Positions 38,279 through 49,429 of a stretch of DNA of 64,000 nt are shown here, in pieces. This stretch comes from Macrostomum hystrix. Lineage: Eukaryota; Animalia; Platyhelminthes. The stretch lies in assembly GCA_950097015.1 (NCBI GenBank), contig CATNEN010000003.1, positions 14,446,001 to 14,510,000 of the forward strand, in the 5' to 3' direction. A program made the translations under genes and the position numbers. Every line of letters begins with the position of its first letter. The first letter of the stretch is position 1. Below the pieces are notes generated by a model. It worked only from the letters and a program-made list of their open reading frames with translations. It searched no databases and was not told the DNA's origin.

Positions 38279-40024
38279 TAGAACTGACTCTAGACTGTCG
38301 TGAACTAAAATTGTCGCCGCCACTGACTTCGGTCTTCGTCCTTTTAATCGTCACACTAGTTTTGCTTTGCAACTACACTTTGTATTGGCATTGCCAGCAA
38401 AAATTATAGCTCTATCGAAGAAGCTTTTTGACAATAAGTTCAATTTTAGCTATCTATTCTATTTTATTAAAGTTGAGCTTATTTATTTATCAATTTCCTT
38501 GAGTTTGTTAAATGAAACATTTTATATTTTAGCGAGGTCATCTTGAAACTATCCATGAGTTTAATAAAAAATACCATAGATAGTACAAATTGGCCTGATA
38601 GAAATGTTCAGTAGCTTTTTATAGCTTAATAATTACATTCTCAATCATTTTAAGCTATATAATTTTCTGAACAACATAAAAGCTAAGGTTGGAATTATAT
38701 TTATTTCACAGACAAGTCCTTCATCTGATTTGCAAGCAATTTATTTATTACTTTGCAGACAAATGATATTGTAGGCCTAGTGTTAATCAACTTGTCAGTT
38801 CATAATTTTTATTCAAGCATTGGACAATTTGCCTACTCCTTTTTTAAAACAACATTAATTAAAAAATGCAAAATATCTATTTGCCTTTTTATGTATTATT
38901 AAAAAAATTTTGTTCATTGAGCCAATATGTCTAATTTCTTACTTTCTATTACCTTTCAGATCATCTGTCAACTAATTTAAAATTTGCTTCATTAAAGCTG
39001 TTACATATTTAGTTGATATCTAAAAGCTTAAGTATCTACACAACAGTTTGATTTAAGCTATCTGATTATACAAAAAAGCAAATAGATAAGACAATTGAGT
39101 GTTTGCTTTAACATTTTTATCTTTGTTTAGAGTGCTATAGTGCCCATATGACGTGTAGTCGGATGCTTCACTTGTCAGAAAATCTAATTTATAGGCCTAC
39201 CTATATTTTTGTAAAAATAATATTAAGAACACACAAATTTGCCACAGAGTAATGTGTCAGTCAGTCAGTGTTGCATTAACTTTTGCTTTATACTAATCTT
39301 ATCAACCAATTTATATGATATGTTTTTGAAGTAAAAAAATTATTTTGTGGAAACAGCAATAAAATTTTCTGTTTATTACTGTATTTTTGGTATTACAAAC
39401 TGATAAATCGTGAAATTTTTTTAAAATTGCATCACTTGCTTTTTGTGATTTTTGATCATGCTTCATAATTCATTTTCAACTTTTCAGTCCATGTGCCATA
39501 AAAAATTAGGCCCAGTTGTGTTTATCTTGTTGTCAGACCTAATTCTGACTTCATTTTGTATGTACATTGGCTTTAAAACACAGTTTTTACCTTTTTACTA
39601 AAAATAAGTAATTGATATAGTAGCTTTCACAAATGTGTTACCCTGAAAACTTGCAAAAATGCACTTTCGTCTAAAATTGTCTTTCTGTGACAGCATTTGA
39701 AGTGTTACAATTTAATCTATGCGATTTTTACATCTACGCGCGATTGTAGTAAGCCGAAGAATATGCAGCTCTCCCTCCTGCGCTCCTCTGCAATACGATC
39801 TGTCTGCCGCCTCCTTCGTCGTGTCTGCATAAACTGTCCCTGCTGAAGATCTACGTCATTGGTACCATTCTGACTGACGCCGGCCACTCCACACTTCCTC
39901 GCTGCCGGAATCGCTAGCTGCCTGACACACCTGGATTGATTGCGGCTTCGTGATTGCCTTCTGATCTCATTTCTCTCTTTATCTATATTTCTCGTCTGAC
40001 TTTTTCTCCCACTTTCTTTCCAAT

Positions 40025-40906
40025 ATGGAATCCTCTTTCATTACTCTCAATCTTGCCGCACTCTGGCTCGATCTGCATTCTCCATCTAGTCCTCAGATTC
40101 CAATACTCACTCTTTTAGGTGAACATGGGTGGAGTGCAATGTTGGCCTGCCTCGCTGGTAACCCTTCTGGGGCGGCTACATAAACTCTCTCTCCCATTGT
40201 TCTCCACGTCATTTCTCTACTCTTGTACCGCTTCTATGGCCTATCGTATAACAATTCTAAACTCCAACCCGTACCCTTTGAGCGCCCTTGGAGCCCACGC
40301 TTTAAGAGTTGTTGCATCAACAATTTTTATCCTTTGCGCACCCATCTTATCCTTATGGGAATTCGCTTCCAGATTCCCACCCTCCTGTTCCTGGGCCTCC
40401 GCAGTCGATACCTAGATCCCTCTTTCCTCACTCGTCGGTCCCATGTTTATTATCTCTATGACCACCTTTACGATTGCATGCCTGATGATATTAAAGAATC
40501 CATTGAAGATCTGCTCAATAACTACTTCATGGATGTTCCTACCAACCATTGGTGGCGACCCACTTACCAACCCCGTAGTCTTCTTTCCATTTCCCGCCAA
40601 GCCTTTTGGCATCACCACACCAAGCTTAAGGCAACAAGGGACCCCACGGTGCAAATTCTAGAATCCCAGGCCGAGGCCCTCCCCATCCCTGCCCGTCGTG
40701 TCCTAATAGGAGCCCGCCACATAGATCCAAACTTCTATTTCAATCTCAATATTGCTGATAAAAATCTTCAACTCTCGACACCTCGTCCTGAATGTTATAA
40801 CAATAACGATTTTCTTTTCTCCTGCTTCGCTCGTCCTTCTCGCTTTGATAACTATATCACCGAAATCTTCTCAATCCCACCTTGGCTTTTCAAATCCAAA
40901 TCTTAA
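40025..40906 (+). pseudogene. ORF-X: 294-codon reading frame with one in-frame stop (40181) and a SOCS-box-like motif
   Basis: ATG 40025 is in frame with ORF 40223-40906. It contains PRSLLSISRQAF-x25-LPIP (40571-40690). Confidence 0.6.
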
Positions 40907-41534
40907 TTGCTCCGACTCCACTTCAACCTTCATTTCTTCTCTTCTAAATTTGATACTTCTCACTAACCTCAAATATTACTCCTCAGTTATCACCCTTTCT
41001 ACATTCTTTTACATCAACTACACCAGACGCGCAAGGATAAACTGACCACAATAAACTTTATAAAAACACAAACACAACTATACGAGTATTTATTCAACTT
41101 ACTTTATCTATGACACTTAAGTAAATAAACGCGTACTTTCAACTCTTATCTATTTTGTAAATATACTCTATTGCTTACTACAAAATGCTTACACTTATTA
41201 TAACTAAAAAATAAAAAATGCATTATAGTATAATTTGTCTTTTTCTACAAAATTTTGAAAACAAAAAATAGCATAAACTCTGAAAACGGAATAAAAAGCT
41301 GTTTCCTCACCAAAAGCGTCTAACGATTTAATATTCCTACAGACTCATTGAAGTCTCTTCTGGCCAACACTTTGCATTCTTGCCTGACTCAAAAAACTAT
41401 GGTTTCTGTTCATTAAAATTCGCCGTGATGATTCATATGCATCTAGGAATGCATCCTACTAATAAGCTCTCGACAGCTTACTTTCGAATTCAAATTTCGA
41501 ACATACTTGCATACTGGCTACTACTTATGATCAA

Positions 41535-43649
41535 ATGATTCGATTCAATTTACCTCTTCCCATCTTGGCTGCTCCTTGGAAAGAACTCGAACAAAACGCC
41601 TTGCTAACGTTAACTACCTCTGGAAAACGTCAACTTCGACTTAATTGGACGACGCCAGAGCTCTCAGATTGTCGTCTCAAGGCCTTCCGAGTAATGTCCG
41701 GACACCTGAGTTCTGGATTTTTCCTAAATGATGATCAGACACTTGGACTTACCTTCGTACCATCACCCAAAACACACCTGTTAACATGTTCAGGCTTTCA
41801 GAAAACTCTATATCTGTCTACCCAAGGAATCTATGTCGCTGTTCTAGACAACAAAGAGAAAAACTTCACTACCATCCTGCGTTCACAGATTACGAAGGCT
41901 CAAGTGACCACTCCGACAAATCAGCCAATAGCACCGACATAGACACAGGCTCAACACAATCGAGACTCAAGCGTTCATCCGCTTTGACACTTCCTACTCC
42001 GCCGACTCGATCTCCGAACCCGAATAAACAAATACTGGCAACAACAGAGTCCCCACTGACAACCACTCACTTTGCCAGTATCATAAGATCTGATCCTACA
42101 ACTCGGACAATATCGAATTTACGAACGACGACACATTATTATACAGGAAGCTCAGTCACATCTGATTTACCCAAAGTTACGGAAAGTCCACTCAAAGACA
42201 TACCTAACTCCACATTAAGGATGACTCCACAGACAGGCACAAATAAACATCCACCTATTCAACGGATGCCCACTCCCACAGTTGCAACGACACATTTCGT
42301 CGTGACACGCATATCCGACAAGTCTACACCGTCAACAGGAGTTACTCCAAGAGTCACAAGCCAAAAGACTGCAGGTGGACCTGTTGATCGGTATCATACG
42401 CCATTCCACGAACCTTCCGAATCACTACCTGACATATCTGATCTACGAAGGTTAAAACGTCAGGCGGAAACAACAAAGATGGTCAACACCACCAGCACAG
42501 TTACAACTTCTCAATCACTTGTTTCTGCAGAATTATTATCTGCACAACTACAAGGCAATACAACAAAATTACACCAAGACATTCAAGACACTCACAACCA
42601 GTTGATGAATACACACTGCAAGATGTACACGCTAAACTTAAAGTACAACCGACAGCTGTATTATACAAATCCTACGCTTGCTGCACGAATATTATTACAA
42701 AATCCATTCGTGCGAGCACGGTCCATCGCTGGATATATCTTTGTACATCAGTGTCAACCATTACATAACTTTCGATTCGTACAACCGTACTATTCAACAG
42801 GAATGTGTTTTACTCGTCCACCAGTTTCTTTTACCGTTCAAAACCAAAGTATACTTGGTTTCCTCGACACGACAACTCGCATTGTATCCACTGCGAAACC
42901 TATGGTGATACCATGCCCGTTAGTCTATAATTACTACCTCCCAAAGCAATCGATACTCTTCAAAACGAACCTCAACTTCACCACGTTTACGCCAACTAGT
43001 TCTGATTTAACCACAGATGAAACTTACACACTGGCGGACCTCCAACCTTCCATTACGCAGAGCATCTTTACCCCACTGGGAGACATCAACTATACGTCAC
43101 TACGAAGTGCAATCACTGTCACCGATTTAATGACACAATTCATACACACACGTGACTTCTTAGTAACTGTGCTTAAATTAAACAATACCGACCAATTCAG
43201 ACTCGGTTTTGATCCTATCAGTGGCCTTGATACACAATCAGCGCTTGTGGTCCAATTCCTTATTCAGCTGGGAACGCCTTAAGGCGAACCACCAGGAAAA
43301 ATTTATATTCAGCGCTGCAGTCATTGTCTATGTCGCACTTATCATTTTTCTCTGCAACATTGGACGCATCTGTGTCGCCTCTACGCTTCATTATGGTCGC
43401 ACACACCGTGTCGCCCTGATTCGTCGCATGTCTAACGAAAACGTTCAGCCATCACCAGCGACAAATCATAGGCAGACGCCGTCGTTCACTTTACCTCGAC
43501 CGCTTATTCCAACAGCACCTCCTATGGAGTTACAAATGGAAGCATTAATTCCACCACGAGGAAGACGACCGAAGCCACCACCTCCAGCCATTCCGCAATG
43601 GCCAGCCTCCTACGCTTGTGTCATCAAACACGTTACTAAGCAACAATGA
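41535..43649 (+). pseudogene. env: Envelope-like glycoprotein of herpesvirus gB (class III fusogen) type, frameshifted
   Basis: NPTLAARILLQNPFVRARSIAGYIFVHQC and CFTRPPVSF parallel the gB motifs NPxxIAS...ARMLGDVMAVSTC and CYSRPLVSF. It has two RLKR furin sites, a long helix ending in Cys, N-glycosylation sequons, a TM segment FIFSAAVIVYVALIIFLC and a Pro-rich tail. It is split over three frames. Confidence 0.8.
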
Positions 43650-43660
43650 TACAGCTATGA

Positions 43661-46600
43661 TGCCGAGGTACACAACAAACACGATATAGATGCACAGCAC
43701 TTATCGACAGTGGCGCTTCAATATCTTGCATCTCCTCCGCATTCGCAAAAAGGCTCGGTACTCCACTGCAGAACACCAGCTTAAGCGCAGTTTGCGCAGG
43801 TGGCCAAAAGCTTTCACTCAATCATAAAACTACTCTTCAATTGGAAATAGGACACAAGGTGCATTCCATAACCGCTTTCGTACTGGATTCCCCATCGTCG
43901 GACTATGACCTCCTTCTAGGAGTAGAAACCTTCAGGACACTCGGAATTCCACTACAATTCGACTACGCCAAGGCGATCGCAACACTTGGCAATGAAGAAT
44001 TTGCCATGGTCAACTCACTCGCACCTCAAAATGAGACATCAGCAATGCTGACGGAGAAGACAATGATTCCTCCGCAATCCACCAAACGAACTTCGTTGAC
44101 GTTATCAGCACATCACACACCTGGCCACCCAGTCTTCTTTGTACCAAAGGACCACACTGTAAAAAAACACCGGTTGATTATTCCATCGAGTTTACTCACC
44201 ATTAACTCAAACGGCAACACAATCATGGTTGAAATTTCCAACCCGTCGTTATCACCGGTCACATTACATCCTCATCAGGTTGTCGGTCATCTCGCCGATA
44301 TGCGAGACTATACTATTGTCAATACGGCTGCGACAATCAACCATCTTACCGTTTCACCGACAACAGAGTCCACAAAGACACTCGTTGCATCTCAACTTCA
44401 AGAGGCCAATCAACATCTAACACCAGCTGAACAAGCTCTGCTCATTCCACTCTTGATCAAATATCGAGATGTCCTAGCTCTACTACCGACCGATATGGGC
44501 TGCACTACTCAATACACTGCCAACATCAGTGTACAACCACACAGCGAGCCTGTCACAGCTCGCCCTTATCCAATCGCCCATGGACTTCAATAAGAACGAT
44601 TCGATCAATTAATCGAGAACTTTGTCCACAAAGGCATCATTAGCCCCAGCGAATCTGAGTATTCCAGCCCTTGCCTGTTGGTAGAAAAGAAAACTCTGGA
44701 TGACCAAGGACGCCGACAACTACGCCTTGTAACTGATTACCGAAAATTAAACAAGATCATAAATGCTCCTAGTATCCGTCCGCCACGTATCCCTGACCTG
44801 CTCCACCGCCTAAAAAGTGCAAAACTCTTTTCTCTTTGCGATTTGGCGGATGCTTTTTATCAAGTCAGGATTGATCCGGAAAGTACAAAATATACTGCCT
44901 TCATCGCACCAAATGGCCTTCTTTGGGAATTTAACAGATTACCACAAGGCCTCAAGTCTAGTCCTAGTTTTATGTGCCGATTAGTGGCTCTACTTACCGC
45001 CGAATTCGCCAACCAAATTGCCTATTTGGACGACGTACTCCTAATTTCGCAAACTTTTCAAGAGATGCTGGTGGAATTGGAAAGCTTTTTCCAAAAATTA
45101 CGTCACCATGGTCTTCGAATCTCACTCAAGAAGTGCATCTTTGCCAAAAAGGAAGTTCAATACCTAGGATTTGTAGTCTCGGGTCGGAACATGGGATCAA
45201 ACCAGCACCAAGTTTGATTAAAAAGATTAAGACGTTTCCTAATCCGACGTCTATTAAACAACTACAATCCTTCCTTGGTCTAGCTAATTTTTATCGCACA
45301 CACATCCAAGGATATTCAAAGATAATTCAACCTTTATTAGTCGTTCTTAAATCGTCAACCAAGCCGAAAAAGTTTACATGGAACGACGATCTCAATCAGC
45401 TTTTGATAAGCTTAAATCACTGTTAACCTCCGACATTGTACTGACGCATCCGGATCCGAAGAAACCATACTTTCTACACACTGACGCATCAGATTCAGCT
45501 ATTGGTGCCGTACTATCCCAATTAGACAGTAGAGGACATCAAAAACATGTTGCATATATTTCAAAAACGCTCACGAGTACAGAACAACGTTACCCACCAA
45601 TTGAACGTGAAACGTATGCCATCTATTGGGCCATCAAAAAACTACACGTTTTTCTCTATGCCTCGTATCTTCCGTTCCATGTCTTTACCGACCACCAGCC
45701 ACTCAAGAGCATTTTCTCAGACAAACAACCTATTTCTCGACGACTACAGAAATGGATATTACACCTCTAAGATTACAATTACACACTGGAGTACATCAAG
45801 GGTAAATCTAATGTCGTCGCAGATTGTTTATCACGCATTCCGAAAATATGTGGCCTCCATTCGGTTACACAATTCGAGAAAATACAAACTGCTCTCGACG
45901 ACGACCCTACTTTCAAGCTCACCAAAGCGACACTACTCGGTAAACCAGTACAACAGACGATACTTAGGACAACACAACGCTTTCTAAAATGACAGTTAAA
46001 ATATTTCTCTCTACAAAATGACACGCTCTATTATGATGATGACCATGGAAACATGCGACTCGTTATACCACACTGTTATCGAGATGCCTTGTTATCCTCA
46101 TATACTTCGGCTTTCGGCGGCCATCTAGGTCTTCAAAAGACTTTACAAAGGTTAAGGCGCTTTTACTACTGGCCTACTCTCTACAAAGACGTTTACTTGC
46201 ACGTGATATCGCCATTCAACATCTACACTCAGCAGCTGATGCTCGTGCTACACGACACAATGAGCAAATGTCTCAATGTACGCCGTTAAAAGTTGGCGCT
46301 CGCTGCTATCTAGATGTTTCAGCTACTAAGGCAACTAAATTCTCTAATCCTTACCGTGGTCCTATATGAGAATACTGAAATGGCTATCACCACAGAATGT
46401 GCTCATCAACGATGTGAACAAGCCTTATGAACAACCTATCGTGGTACATGCTTCAAAACTCAAACCTTGGCCGAGTGATACGCCTCCTGAAGTCATGATA
46501 CCTGAGTTCACACAATCTACGGCTCAGACACACGCTAATCATCGAGCAAATCTCACTCGTTCAATTGCGCTGCAGACATCTCAGCAGGACATCCAGCAGT

Positions 46601-46689
46601 CTGAGAAGAGTGCAGACTGTAACGCACCGCCTACGAACAACTCGAAGGAAGAGCCTAGATATCACCTACGCTCAAGAGCCGTACCATGA
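43661..46689 (+). pseudogene. pol: Ty3/gypsy pol (PR, dUTPase-like spacer, RT, RNase H, integrase with core deleted)
   Basis: PR: LIDSGASISCI/DLLLG. RT: RLVTDYRKLN, DLADAFYQV, RLPQGLKSSP, AYLDDVL. RH: HTDASDSAIGAVL, TDHQPL, NVVADCLSR. IN Zn finger: GGHLGLQKT..YYWP. IN C-terminus: PYRGP...VHASKLKPW. There are several stops and frameshifts, and no DDE core. Confidence 0.95.
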
Positions 46690-47500
46690 TGAGCAATAGT
46701 CCGCGCTACGAACTCGATTATATCAGCATTCCTTAATTCGTAAACATTATTTTCTACGTTACCCACATTTTTATTTTGTTATAATTTAATTCCCTTCTTC
46801 ACCCTTGATGTTTGATATAGAATATTATCATTTCTCCACACACCTAATATGGCCGTCTTCTCTAGTACACATTATATGCCTTGATATCACTTTTGTCAAT
46901 CAAAACACACAAAAACTACAAATTGAAAAAAAGACAAAAAATACCACTTTTCACTATACATTATTTAGTTTCTCGCTTATCCTATTTCCTTTCATAATTA
47001 TAGATAATTTTAATATATATTACCTAAGCTCGATATACGGCATCACCTATATTTTATTCGCTGCCTTTATTATCTTCTCATGCACATTTTGCTCAGCTAT
47101 GACTATTTCGACGACATGCATCTTCTTCCTAAACTTGTTCTAAACAATCTTTCCAACATCTTTTCTTTCTGTTCTTAATCCCACCTTCGCCTCGTTGAGG
47201 CTCGAACGATTAGCTAACCTGATGACCTGGCGATTGGCTAACCTGACGACCTGGCGAACGATGTTACAATCTACCCCTTCAAGGACCAGTCTCACCGAAT
47301 GCCGATGAGGCCGACACCGTGGCCAACACTGATTGATATGCTGCCACTCAATCAGCTATCGGCAACACCCCACACCATCTCAGTGTCTACACTACCAGCG
47401 GTACTGGCGTCTTCTTCATCGTTCAAGTCTCTCTGCTCAATTACTGCGATTGCGATCTCTTGAGTCCGACACGACACAGACACAGAAGCCTCATTTCAAA

Positions 47501-47526
47501 GTGGTGGCCCTGAGAAGGGCCGTTTT
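47501..47526 (-). promoter_or_regulatory. Histone mRNA 3' stem-loop (SLBP-binding element), antisense to the retroelement
   Basis: The minus strand reads AAAAC GGCCCT TCTC AGGGCC ACCAC: a 6-bp stem, a 4-nt UYUN loop and both A/C-rich flanks matching the metazoan consensus. Confidence 0.8.
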
Positions 47527-49429
47527 AACGTTCAAAATGGGCTAACATCACACTGTGAAGTCAACAGAGCGATCCCGCCACGAAATCAGCGCCGTCTAGA
47601 ACATCAGCCGGACGAGCCGACTGATGCCCCGGATGACGGATCTTCCGCCGCGGACATCGACATCGACAGCAACAGCAGATACACACCCACACGACGAGAC
47701 TAACTAGGATGAAGGCAGCGCCCACACACTAATCAGCTGCCACTCGGTAATCTGCAGCCGCCTATCCAGACTCTCAACTTGAACGCCGAGATCTGTCAGA
47801 AGCCAGCGCAGATTTGCTAACTTGATCTTGCATTACAAGATGTAAAACAGTTAAACTTTAGAACTCGCTAGAAATAAACTGTTGCACGCCAAGAGCTCCA
47901 CGCTTTATTATCGTTCCTTCTTATACCACTTTTCTTCGTTCTAATCCAAACCCTACTTTTCTTTCCTTTCTAACTCAATCATCTAGATGGACATGTACAT
48001 TATTCGCGCGCATAGTCTATGGCACTTTTCTCCACTTCATTCTATTACAACCCCCCTTTTTGCACCCTCCTTGACCCCGTCCAGGGTCTTGTTTATGATA
48101 CTTGTTTTTAACACTCTTAAACGATCCTGTTTTTCTAGTATATATTATCTTACAAACTATGCATATAACCATTTTCATGTCACCTAACATTTTTATACCT
48201 CCTACAAACGTTATCAAAGCTAGACTTCGAAATCAATTGTCAATTGTTAAGACATTTTCAATTATCTTATTTCTCAAACTCGCACTATTTATACTTTACA
48301 GTTTTTCGCGCTTTATAATTTTCTTTAAATCTGTTTCCAAATGCCTATTATACCGTCATATTTTACCCCCACAAGTGTTAATCAACCTCCTATAATTTCT
48401 AACATCTTGTTATTTATGAGCTCGGAGGACCTTCGCTTCTGTAAAAAAGGGCTAATGAAGTGTTACAATTTAATCTATGCGATTTTTACATCTACGCGCG
48501 ACTGTAGAAAGCCAAAGAATATGCAGCTCTCCCTCCTGCGCGAGGATGCGTTTGCAGCAGCTCTAGGATTAGCCTAGAGACTCCTGTCCTATGGCAGCCT
48601 TTGGCCGGATTAGTATAAAAGCACTTACACTGAGAGAAAGTAGCCCGACCGTCCCGACCGTCCCGTTCCTTCTTCTCTTGCAATACTATTCAATCTCCTA
48701 GCTAGATCCGATATCTCTTAGTCGCTGGCCATTGCTATCCCTGGCTAGCTCCTACAAGATCCAGATAATTAAGAATACTTCATTGAAATTGGAATTGTGA
48801 TTCCTGGAAACTCCACCCAGATCTTATTTTGAACCCTTTTCCATACTTTGGTTACCGACTCAGGATCCGTGAGTAACAATTAAATACTTGTGCTTGGGAA
48901 TTACTTTCTCTCAGTGATTGTAATAGTTTTAGTAATTTATAGTGAGTTGTCATCTTTATAATTGTTTGCTTTAAGACCATCAAAATATAATTCGATTGAG
49001 AATATAACATCAAAAGTGAGTGCAACATCAGGAAAAGATAGTCGAATTTCCCACGCCTCCTTATTTCTTAGAAATTACCGCTTGAACTAGATTCTCTGCA
49101 AGAGATAACAATTGGAGATAACGAGAACATTCTATAAGCTAGACATCAATAGCACGGAGGCGAAAACTAAAATATTTCACATTTTCAGGTTTTTGCATTT
49201 ATATTTTCTATATTGCTTGATAATTATCTAAATAAACAACTTTATATAGATAAAGTCAATTTCGTTTTCTGTGTGGGTGAGTTAAGCAAGTATATTTTTG
49301 GTTACATATTTGACATTTCTTTTTGATGGAGTAAAAATGTTTTATTAAACTTAACCACAAATAACTTCAAAGGATGTATGTAGCCAAGAATAGACTTAAA
49401 ACTGTTGCTTACTTAGAAATATTCGCTAG

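Larger units (their letters stand above)
39698..48782 (+). mobile_element. Decayed env-carrying Ty3/gypsy provirus with unusual gene order (ORF-X, env, pol)
   Basis: 86-bp direct repeat with 3 mismatches at 39698-39783 and 48456-48541. The 3' LTR TGAAGT...ACTTCA (48456-48782) has TATAAAA at 48614 and is preceded by PPT AAAAAAGGG. Candidate PBS TGGTACCA at 39860. Domains are in gypsy order PR-RT-RH-IN. No TSD is seen. Confidence 0.88.

Noticed and set aside
47527-47870. Histone gene upstream of the stem-loop
   Set aside because: The minus-strand translations I examined show no histone-fold or tail sequence.
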